Source: an uncultured Enterobacteriaceae bacterium
GTDB taxonomy: Bacteria > Myxococcota_A > UBA9042
Reading direction: 5' to 3'
Length of the DNA: 64,000 nucleotides
NCBI GenBank assembly: GCA_964586155.1
Contig: CAZPHC010000004.1
Location: 130,527-194,526, forward strand
Shown: one piece after another, positions 56,672 through 64,000 of the stretch
How positions within the stretch are numbered: position 1 is the first letter of the stretch
Layout: the number at the start of each line of letters is the position of its first letter
Notes under the pieces: model-generated
Seen by the model: only the letters and a program-made list of their open reading frames with translations
The model's database searches: none
What the model was told of the DNA's origin: nothing
Translations under genes and position numbers: made by a program

Positions 56672-58593
56672 GTCGCCGCACCTGGGGGCGGGTCGCCGGC
56701 GGGCTGCCGCTCGTCCTGATGGCGCTCGTCGCCGCCGCGCCGCGTGTCGGCCTGGCGAAGACCGTCGTCTGCCCGGGCCCGACCATCCTCGATGGCATCG
56801 ACGTCAGCTACTGGCAGCTCGACGTCGACTGGACCAAGGTCAAGGCCGCCGGCAAGAAGTACGCGATCATGCGCGCCGCGCACGCGCTCAAGGCCGACAC
56901 CAAGTTCGCGTACAACTGGAAGACCTGCCACGCCGTCGGCCTGCATTGCGGCGTCTACCAATACTTCGAGCCCGACATCGATCCGATCGCCCAGGCGGAC
57001 CTGATGATCTCGATGATGGGCAAGCTCGCGCCCGGCGATCTGCCGCCGGTGATCGACGTGGAGTCGAAGGGCTCCGCGACGCCGACGCAATTCGCCGCCG
57101 CCATCGGCAAGTGGATGGACCGCGTCGAGAAAGCGACCGGACGCAAGCCGATGATCTACACCGGGGCGTACTTCTGGGAGGACTACGTCAAGGCGTCGAC
57201 CTGGGTGGACCACCCGCTGTGGCACGCCCAATATTGCACGAGCTGTTGCCCGAATATTCCGAATCCATGGAAGAAGTGGGCGTTCTGGCAGCATAGCTCG
57301 ACCGGCAAGGTCTCGGGCATCAACGGCAACGTCGACCTGAACCGCTTCAACGGCGATGCCGCTGCGCTCGCCGCGCTGGCCAGCGTCAAGACCTGTACCC
57401 CCGGCTGCAAGGGCAACCTCATCGTCGACGCCAACTGCGGCGAGGGCGACTGCGGCGCGTACGGGGCGTATTGCTCGATGGTCTCGACGCCGGCGCCCAA
57501 ATGCGTCTCGGCGTTCTGCGCCGCCAGCGCGACCAGCAAGCCCAAGGCCGGCGATGTCTGCCTGCCCGACGGCAAGCGCTACACCTGCGACGCGGTCGGC
57601 GACATCAAGCTCAAGGCCTGCCCGGCGGACACCTCCTGCACCATGGTCGGCGGCGCCGCGGTCTGCGCGCCGACGAGCTGCAAGCCGACGTGTTCGGGCA
57701 ATTCGCTGATCGCCACCGACTGCAGCGCCAAGGATTGCGCCACGCTGGCAGGCTTCGACGCCGGCACCTGTGTCGACGACGCGCTCGGCCCACGCTGCGT
57801 GAGCAAACACTGTCCGGCGACCGGCGTGGCCGCGACCTGCCTGCCCGATCCCAAGCACCTGCTGATGGGTCTGTGCCAGGACGGCAAGGTGACGAGCTCG
57901 TCCTGTCTCGGCGAAGGTCAGGTCTGCGCGATGACACCGGCTGGCCCGGCGTCGCCACCGGTCGCTGCCTGCGCCAGCGTCGCCTGCGCCTCCGATCCGA
58001 CCAAGCCGCTCGTGGCGAGCAGCAGCTGCGTCGACGCTGCGACGCTGCAGGTCTGCGACGACTACGGCCAGCTCACGCTCGAAGCCTGCCCCGGTGGATC
58101 GCCATGCCAGCTCGTTGCGGGCGCGGCACAATGCGGCGGGGCTGTGGTCGAGCCCGACGCGGGGGGCGGCGCAGACGGAGCCGGCGGTAGCGACGCCGGC
58201 GAGGTGCCGGACACCACGGCGAGCGCAGACGCCGAGGGCGACATCGCGCAGCACGACGCCGCATCGGCCGCGGACGTCATCATCGCCCCAGGGGCCGATG
58301 GCGGCCCCGCCCAGGACAGCGCAGCCCCGGACAGCGCGGCCCAGGACAGCGCGGCGGCGACGGCGGACGGCAATGCCGCACCAGACGACGCCCGGTCCGA
58401 GGGTGGCGGTGACGGCGTGCAGGGCGGCGGCGACGTCGGTTCCGGCGCGGTCGGAGGCCTGGCGTCGAACGCGTCGACGAGCGGCTGCAGCGTCGGTGCT
58501 CGCGCGGCGCCTGGCGACCCTGCGCCGTGGTGGACGCTGGTCGGGCTGCTCACGTTCGCGCTGATCGGCCGCAGAAGGCGCGATGCGGCCTGA
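56668..58593 (+). CDS. GH25-family muramidase (lysozyme) with Cys-rich middle region and MYXO-CTERM-like sorting tail
   Basis: Signal peptide, then GH25 motifs GIDVSYWQLDVDW...AIMRAAH...GVYQYF. A Cys-rich about 300 aa and a D/A/G-rich linker follow. The C-terminus reads GCSVGARAAPGDPAPWWTLVGLLTFALIGRRRR. Confidence 0.8.
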   Translation: MSRRTWGRVAGGLPLVLMALVAAAPRVGLAKTVVCPGPTILDGIDVSYWQLDVDWTKVKAAGKKYAIMRAAHALKADTKFAYNWKTCHAVGLHCGVYQYFEPDIDPIAQADLMISMMGKLAPGDLPPVIDVESKGSATPTQFAAAIGKWMDRVEKATGRKPMIYTGAYFWEDYVKASTWVDHPLWHAQYCTSCCPNIPNPWKKWAFWQHSSTGKVSGINGNVDLNRFNGDAAALAALASVKTCTPGCKGNLIVDANCGEGDCGAYGAYCSMVSTPAPKCVSAFCAASATSKPKAGDVCLPDGKRYTCDAVGDIKLKACPADTSCTMVGGAAVCAPTSCKPTCSGNSLIATDCSAKDCATLAGFDAGTCVDDALGPRCVSKHCPATGVAATCLPDPKHLLMGLCQDGKVTSSSCLGEGQVCAMTPAGPASPPVAACASVACASDPTKPLVASSSCVDAATLQVCDDYGQLTLEACPGGSPCQLVAGAAQCGGAVVEPDAGGGADGAGGSDAGEVPDTTASADAEGDIAQHDAASAADVIIAPGADGGPAQDSAAPDSAAQDSAAATADGNAAPDDARSEGGGDGVQGGGDVGSGAVGGLASNASTSGCSVGARAAPGDPAPWWTLVGLLTFALIGRRRRDAA

Positions 58594-61500
58594 GCGAACC
58601 CCGCCGCCGTGTCGCGAGGATCGTCCGCCGGTCGGCGGCCGCGGCGCAGGCGTGCGGGCGAGCGACCGGCGGCTCCGCGGTGCGGCCTTGGTCGTTTGCG
58701 GCGCCGTGATCCTCGGCTGGACGGCGATCTGCGTCGCGCCGTCGTGGGCCGCGCCGTCCGCCGCGGCGGCGCTGGCAGCGCCGTCGCCGCACGCGGCGCC
58801 CCAATCCGGGCCGGCGTCGGTGGCGCGCGCATTGCCGCTGCCGTCGCCGCTTCCGTCGCCGCTGTCGATGCCGCTGCCGTTGGCGCACGCCGTGACCGGG
58901 GTGCAGGCCGGCACCGTGACGCTGGCGCAGGCCGCCACGCTCGCGACGGCCGCGACGCCGGTCGACGTGCCGGGGGACGGCGACGCCGGCGGTGTCCGGC
59001 AAGACGCGCTGGCGCTGGCCACGGCCGCCGAGTCGATCGCCCAACAGCTCTTGGCCGAGGCCCAGCAACAGTCGGCGTTGGCCGTCGCTGCCCAGGCCGA
59101 GGCGCTGCAGCGGGCCCAGACCGCGCGGACCGAGGCCGCGCGCGCGGTAGCGGCCGAACAGGCCCGGATCAACGGCCAGCGCGTGGCGATGGCCCATGCC
59201 AACGAGGCCGTCGCCCACGCTCGCGCCGTCGCGAGCGCGGACCTGCTGCAGCGCGTGGCCAACGAGAACCGCCTGGCCAAGAAGCTGCGCACCGCTGACC
59301 GGCGGCCCGACGAGGCGACGGTCCTGTTCCACGAGGTCATCGACGCGCTCGAGAGCGGCCGTGCGGCCTTCGCCGAGGCCCTCGATGCCCTGGGGCGAGG
59401 CGACGTCGGCTTGCCGGACGAGCTGCCTCCGCTCGATGTCTCTGCGCCCGGCTGGGCGGTGATGTCCGAGCAGGAGCGGCGGTCCCTCAGCATCGATCGC
59501 GACCGTCTGGCCGCAGAGCGCGCCGTCTGGGTGGCGTCGGCCCGCGAGTCGCTGCTCGCCAGCGCCGCCGGCCTCGCCGACCACCTCGACGCGTTGGTCG
59601 CGCTGCGCACGCTCGCCATCGATGCCTTGCCAGCCGAGGCCCGCGACGAGCTCTTTGGTTGGACCCAGGCGGGCTACCGCCAGCTCGTGCGCGAGCTGCG
59701 CCACCTCGAGCTGATGGCGCGTTGGTACCCGCAGTCGCGGCTGCGGGCGCTGCGCCTGCCCGACTCCGTCGAAGGCTGGGTGCTGCGGATCAGCGCGTTG
59801 CTCGGCTCGCTCGCGCGGTTGATGGTGCTCGCGCTGCTGTGGTGGATCTCGCGGCGCCATTGGCGACAGTGGCTGGATCTCGGGCTGGTCTGGCTGCGTG
59901 GCCGGACTGGCCACGGGTTCTGGGGCCAATCGCTCGTGCTGCTCGTGACCGGAGTTCGCGCCGTCGGTGGCGAGCTGATGACCGTCATCGTGTTGGCGCT
60001 CTTGTTCGGCTTCGCGCTGTCGGGGACGTTGGCGGGCGAGCTGGCCCTGGTCGCCGAGCTGCTGCGGATCTGGGCCTGGATCCGCTTGCTGCAGGCGGCG
60101 GCCTACGCGTTCTTGACCGGCGCGGCCTCGGACGCCGCACGGCGCGAGATCTCGCCCGAGATCGCGTCGCGCATCCTGCGGACGCTGCGCATCATCGCGC
60201 GCGCCGTCTGGGCTGTGCTCTCGGTGCTGGCCGTCGCGAGCCACCTGCTCGGCCGCGGCTACCTCTACCTGCTCGTGGTGCAGATCGCCTGGCTCGCCGT
60301 GCTGCCGATCCTGCTTTGGTTGGTGCGTGGCTGGCAGGGCTCCATCTGCGACGCGTACCTGCAGGCGTACCCGGGCGGCGCGCTGACCCGCGCGGTCGAG
60401 GCCGGTCGCGATCGCTGGTATGGCGTCGTCGTCGCGTTGCTCGCGTTCTCGGCCGTCGCGATGACCGGCATCGCGGTCTGGGCCGGCGAGATGGCGCTAC
60501 GCTTCGAACAGACGCGGCGGTTGCTGGCGTTCTTGTTCCGGCGTCGGCTCGAGAGCGCCGCGCTGGCCCTTCAGCCCCCGGTGCAGAGCGCCGCCGACTT
60601 GCCCGACCCGCTGCGCACGGCCCTGACGGATCATCCTGCTGACGCCGGCGAGCTCGTCGGGGGGCTGCCGCAGCTCCAGGAGATCGCAGACGAGATCTGC
60701 ACCGCGATGGGCGGTGGCCCTGCCATCGCCGGCGTGGCCGCCACGGATCCCGCGCCCGGCGCGACGCCTCGTCGCCGCGCTGGCGCCGACGTGCAGGTGG
60801 TCGCGCTGGTCGGTGCCTGGGGCGTCGGCAAGACGACCTGGCTGCAGGCGCTGCGGCGGCAGCTCGTCGCCGCGGGGCCTGACGGCCGCACGCTGGCGGA
60901 CCGTGGCGTCGAGGTCTCCTTGCTGCAGATGGAGCGCACGCAACGCGACGGCGTCGGCCTGATCGACGGCCTGGCGCGGGAACTCGGGCTGTCGGCGCCG
61001 CCCGATGGCCCGCTGCTGCTGCGTGCGGGTGTGCTCGGCGACGCGTTGGCCTTCGGGCCCGCGCGGGTCGTGCTGCTCGACGACGCCGGGCGCGTGCTGC
61101 TCGCGTCGATGGGCGGAAGCGCGGCCTGGGATGCGCTGGCCATGGTGATCCAGCGCAGCGCGGTCAACGTCGCCTGGGTCGTCGCGATCTCGGACCACGC
61201 CCAGCGCCGCATCGGCCAGCTGCGCCCTGGCGTCGACCTCTTCGCCCGTCGCGTCGAGCTGACCGCGTGGGACGAAAACCGCCTCGGCGACCTGATCGAG
61301 GCGCGCATGCGCCAGGCGGGGGCGACGGCCCACTTCGACGACCTCATCGATTCCGATCTGGACGCCGGCGACGCGCTGCTCGAGGGGGTGCGCGTCGGCG
61401 AGCGGTTCATCCGGCTGCTCTGGGATCAAGCAGATGGCAACCCTCGGGACGCGCTCAACTTCTGGGCCCGGTCCCTGGCGCCGGTCAGCGCGACGGACGT

Positions 61501-61780
61501 GCGGGTCCGGTTGTTCGAGGCCCCGTCCGCCGACGCGATCGAGCGACTTGGCGTCCCGGCGCGCTTCCTGCTCCACGCCCTGGTCGCCCACGACGGCCTG
61601 ACGCCGGCCGAGCTGGCGGCGGTCCTGTTCGAGCCCGAGGCCGTCATGATCGACCGCACCCGCTGGCTGTGCGGCGTCGGCATCATCGAGGAGGTCGACG
61701 GCTACCTCGTCGTCGCCGAGCGGTGGCATCGTGCCGTCGTGCGCTATCTGCAGCGCAAACACCTGCTGCTGCGGTCCTGA
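58583..61780 (+). CDS. Large membrane protein: signal/TM, Ala/Gln-rich coiled coil, MscK-like multi-TM region, C-terminal AAA+/P-loop NTPase with winged-helix-like end
   Basis: About 250 aa of AQ-rich helical segment, then about 8 TMs (WVLRISALLGSLARLMVLALLWW..., LYLLVVQIAWLAVLPILLWLV). Walker A VVALVGAWGVGKTTWL and Walker B VVLLDDAG follow. The start overlaps the GH25 stop by 11 nt. Confidence 0.65.
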   Translation: MRPERTPPPCREDRPPVGGRGAGVRASDRRLRGAALVVCGAVILGWTAICVAPSWAAPSAAAALAAPSPHAAPQSGPASVARALPLPSPLPSPLSMPLPLAHAVTGVQAGTVTLAQAATLATAATPVDVPGDGDAGGVRQDALALATAAESIAQQLLAEAQQQSALAVAAQAEALQRAQTARTEAARAVAAEQARINGQRVAMAHANEAVAHARAVASADLLQRVANENRLAKKLRTADRRPDEATVLFHEVIDALESGRAAFAEALDALGRGDVGLPDELPPLDVSAPGWAVMSEQERRSLSIDRDRLAAERAVWVASARESLLASAAGLADHLDALVALRTLAIDALPAEARDELFGWTQAGYRQLVRELRHLELMARWYPQSRLRALRLPDSVEGWVLRISALLGSLARLMVLALLWWISRRHWRQWLDLGLVWLRGRTGHGFWGQSLVLLVTGVRAVGGELMTVIVLALLFGFALSGTLAGELALVAELLRIWAWIRLLQAAAYAFLTGAASDAARREISPEIASRILRTLRIIARAVWAVLSVLAVASHLLGRGYLYLLVVQIAWLAVLPILLWLVRGWQGSICDAYLQAYPGGALTRAVEAGRDRWYGVVVALLAFSAVAMTGIAVWAGEMALRFEQTRRLLAFLFRRRLESAALALQPPVQSAADLPDPLRTALTDHPADAGELVGGLPQLQEIADEICTAMGGGPAIAGVAATDPAPGATPRRRAGADVQVVALVGAWGVGKTTWLQALRRQLVAAGPDGRTLADRGVEVSLLQMERTQRDGVGLIDGLARELGLSAPPDGPLLLRAGVLGDALAFGPARVVLLDDAGRVLLASMGGSAAWDALAMVIQRSAVNVAWVVAISDHAQRRIGQLRPGVDLFARRVELTAWDENRLGDLIEARMRQAGATAHFDDLIDSDLDAGDALLEGVRVGERFIRLLWDQADGNPRDALNFWARSLAPVSATDVRVRLFEAPSADAIERLGVPARFLLHALVAHDGLTPAELAAVLFEPEAVMIDRTRWLCGVGIIEEVDGYLVVAERWHRAVVRYLQRKHLLLRS

Positions 61781-62693
61781 TCCGCGCGCCGCGCTGGAGG
61801 CCCAACTGGGGAACGACACCATCAACATCCTGGAGTTCGTACGGGTCGCGGGCCTGCTCCCGGCGCTGCTCGTGCTCGTCGTCGCCTGGGCGGTCGCTGG
61901 CATCATCGGTCGCACCGTCGAGCAGCTCGGCCAGCGCTTCACGCAATGGCGCCTGCTGCTGCAGCAGATCGGCACGTCGCTGCGCTTTTCGCTCTACATC
62001 TTCGCCATCGTCGCGGCCGTGCCGCTGGCCTTCAACCTCTCGGACCAGGCGCTGCTCGCCCTGGGCGGCACCATCGCCGTCACCGCCGGCTTCGCGTTCA
62101 AGGACCTCGGCGCGTCGATCCTCGCCGGCATCACGATCCTCGCCGATCGGCCGTTCCAGGTCGGTGACCGCGTCAGTTTTGGTGGCTACTATGGGGAGAT
62201 CACGAGCATCGGCCTGCGTTCGGTCCGGCTCGTGACGCTCGACGACAACCTGGTCACGATCCCGAACAACAAGTTCCTGACCGAGGTCGTGGCCTGCGGC
62301 AACGCCGGCGCGCTCGACATGCTCGTGCAGATGGACTTCTACGTCGGCATCGACCAGGACGTGATCCAGGCCCGCGAGGTGGTGCAAGAGGCCCTGACGA
62401 CCACCCGCTACGCCTACCTCGACAAGCCCTGGGTGGTCCTGGTCAACGAGGTCGTCCACGAGGGCTACTTCGCCGTCCGATTGCGGGCCAAGGTCTATGT
62501 GGTCGACCTGCACTTCGAGAAGGCGCTCGAGAGCGACGTGACGCTTCGGGTGCTCGATGGGCTCCGCCGCGCCGGGATCGCGCCGCCGGCGATGCTGCAT
62601 CGCTCGCTCGACGCGGGCGTGAACGGCGCGACCGCCGCTCCGGCGCCGGTGCTGGCGCGCGCTGCCGCCGGCGAGGGGAGCCCACGACCGTGA
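61731..62693 (+). CDS. MscS-family mechanosensitive channel-like protein (3 TM + beta domain)
   Basis: GTG start in a different frame, overlapping the upstream gene by 50 nt. Pore-helix and beta-domain signature GGTIAVTAGFAFKDLGASILAGITILADRPFQVGDRVSFGGYYGEITSIGLRSVRLVTLDDNLVTIPNNKF. Confidence 0.75.
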   Translation: MPSCAICSANTCCCGPDPRAALEAQLGNDTINILEFVRVAGLLPALLVLVVAWAVAGIIGRTVEQLGQRFTQWRLLLQQIGTSLRFSLYIFAIVAAVPLAFNLSDQALLALGGTIAVTAGFAFKDLGASILAGITILADRPFQVGDRVSFGGYYGEITSIGLRSVRLVTLDDNLVTIPNNKFLTEVVACGNAGALDMLVQMDFYVGIDQDVIQAREVVQEALTTTRYAYLDKPWVVLVNEVVHEGYFAVRLRAKVYVVDLHFEKALESDVTLRVLDGLRRAGIAPPAMLHRSLDAGVNGATAAPAPVLARAAAGEGSPRP

Positions 62694-64000
62694 GCTGTGC
62701 CACCGGGGCCGCGCATGCGACCGTGACGCCGCGGCCACCGCATCCGCTCGACATGGCGGTGCAGTGGCGACCGTCGCAGGAGCTGGCCATCGCCAAGGTC
62801 CTGGCCGCCGCCGAGACCGGCAGCAGTCGCCTGCACCTCGTCGCGCCGCCCGGCGCGGGCAAGACCTGGATGGGCCTGTACATCGCGCTGGCCCTCGGCC
62901 GGCCGATCGTCGCGCTCGCCAACACCCGCGGCATCGCCGAGCAGTGGCGGGCTGCGTTGTTGCAGACCGCCGTCGCGCTCGAAGGCCGGATGTCCGGGCC
63001 CCTGGCCGATCGCGTCGTCACCGAGCTGCCGGGTGTGCACGACAAGCTGCCGCTGCTGCTGGCGACCACCTACCAGGCCTGGACCCGCCAACGGCCCGAG
63101 AAGCTGCAGCGAGGCGCGGACGTCCGCGAGCGCCTGGCCCCCAGCGTGCTCGCGCTGCACGAGCGCTACGCGCGCGCCGGCGCGCTGCTGATCCTCGACG
63201 AGTGCCACCACCTGCTCGCGTGGTGGGCCGAGGTCATCGAACACCAGCAGCGGACCTTCGAGGAGCTCGTCACCTTGGGGCTGACGGCGACGCCGCCGCA
63301 GGACGCACCCGCCGACCAGCGTCGCCGCTACAGCGCGATCGTCGGGCCGATCTGCGCCGAGATCCCGCTGGTCGCGGCGGTGCGCGAGCAGGCGCTTGCC
63401 CCGTTCCAGGACCTCGCGCTCTTCGTCCGCCCCGATCAGGCCGAGGAGGCCGCGATCGCCGGCGTCGACGCAGCCTGGTCGGCGTGGTTGGCCGGCGCGC
63501 GGCCGAGCTGGCACGGCGATGAGGATGACGCGGACGCGATGACCCTCTGGCTGCCGGGGCTCGACGCCCACGTCCAGGCCCGGACGACGGTCTGTCCGGG
63601 CCGGCGGCGGCTCGCAGCGAGCGACATGCTCGCCCTCTGCGAGCGCGATCCTGCGTTCGCCTCGGCCCTGGTGCGCTGGCTCATGGCCCACGACCTCGAG
63701 ATCCCCGCCGAGGTCTACCCCCTGGCCGAGATGTCCTTCCCGCCGACGCGGCAGGACGTGCTGGCGCTGGTCGACGACTACGTCGTGGCGGTCCTGGCCC
63801 CGCTGCTGGTCGCGGCGTCGGGCGCCGAGGACGCCGAGGAGGCCGAGGACGCCGAGGACGCCGAGGACGCCGAGGACGCCGAGGACGCCGAGGACGCCGC
63901 CGCAGACCCGGACGACGCGGACGCCGGCGACGGCGATGCCGGTCGCGCGCCTCCCCCGGCCGCCGCGATCGCCGCCGCCGGCGCGGGCACGGTGGACCCC
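62690..64000 (+). CDS. Superfamily-2 helicase (DEAH / ResIII-like), partial; continues past the window end
   Basis: Hand translation of a frame not in the ORF track. The GTG overlaps the MscS stop (GTGA). Walker A LHLVAPPGAGKTWMG and motif II LILDECHHL are present. Later residues are AEDAEEAEDAEDAEDAEDAEDAEDAA and the frame is still open at position 64000. Confidence 0.65.
   Translation, partial: MSCATGAAHATVTPRPPHPLDMAVQWRPSQELAIAKVLAAAETGSSRLHLVAPPGAGKTWMGLYIALALGRPIVALANTRGIAEQWRAALLQTAVALEGRMSGPLADRVVTELPGVHDKLPLLLATTYQAWTRQRPEKLQRGADVRERLAPSVLALHERYARAGALLILDECHHLLAWWAEVIEHQQRTFEELVTLGLTATPPQDAPADQRRRYSAIVGPICAEIPLVAAVREQALAPFQDLALFVRPDQAEEAAIAGVDAAWSAWLAGARPSWHGDEDDADAMTLWLPGLDAHVQARTTVCPGRRRLAASDMLALCERDPAFASALVRWLMAHDLEIPAEVYPLAEMSFPPTRQDVLALVDDYVVAVLAPLLVAASGAEDAEEAEDAEDAEDAEDAEDAEDAAADPDDADAGDGDAGRAPPPAAAIAAAGAGTVDP
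63826..63900 (+). repeat. Tandem 9-bp repeat (GAGGACGCC)n inside the helicase gene, encoding an (AED)n acidic tract
   Basis: About 7 consecutive in-frame copies are visible directly in the sequence. Confidence 0.8.

Noticed and set aside
56590-59619. 1009-aa minus ORF
   Set aside because: Antisense of the GH25 gene and of the coiled-coil region of the membrane/AAA+ gene. No motifs.
62495-63691. 398-aa minus ORF and 252-aa + ORF (62764..63522) over the window end
   Set aside because: Both are Arg-rich. A third, unlisted + frame encodes a clean SF2 helicase with Walker A and DEAH motifs, and it is unlisted only because it lacks an in-window stop.
63826-63900. Short tandem repeats considered as a possible CRISPR array
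   Set aside because: The unit is 9 bp with no spacers, in-frame inside a CDS. It is a coding microsatellite, not CRISPR.

Overview
This is a 64 kb stretch of very GC-rich (~70%) bacterial chromosome. It is probably Myxococcota, inferred from a MYXO-CTERM-like sorting tail, many Ser/Thr kinases, Cys-rich repeat proteins and pervasive 4-nt gene overlaps. At this GC content all six frames carry long open ORFs, so calls rest on protein-family motifs, GC3 bias, RBS and overlap geometry. About 47 protein-coding genes are supported. Scanning the intergenic gaps found no rRNA, tRNA, CRISPR, integrase or transposase. The content is mixed. Housekeeping and metabolic genes include amt-glnK, hemC, a bpt-Nudix pair, an astC-like/astA/astD arginine succinyltransferase set, acyl-CoA dehydrogenase, enoyl-CoA hydratase, AmpG, a crtZ-like hydroxylase and an RlmI-like methyltransferase. 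Signalling genes include a STPK-AAA-TPR giant, a STPK-receiver fusion next to a hybrid HK-REC-REC-Hpt, a GAF/HD-GYP protein and an ECF sigma/anti-sigma pair. The accessory secretome includes a ~900-aa Cys-rich repeat protein, two paralogous ~700-800-aa lipoproteins, a GH25 muramidase with a MYXO-CTERM tail and a tandem PLAT-domain protein. The most unusual locus is an overlapping three-gene operon at 58.6-64 kb encoding a coiled-coil/multi-TM/AAA+ membrane protein, an MscS-family channel and an SF2 DEAH helicase that runs off the window. Two genes the ORF track cannot list because they cross the window edges were recovered by hand translation: the TPR protein at 1..3427 (minus) and the helicase at 62690..64000 (plus).
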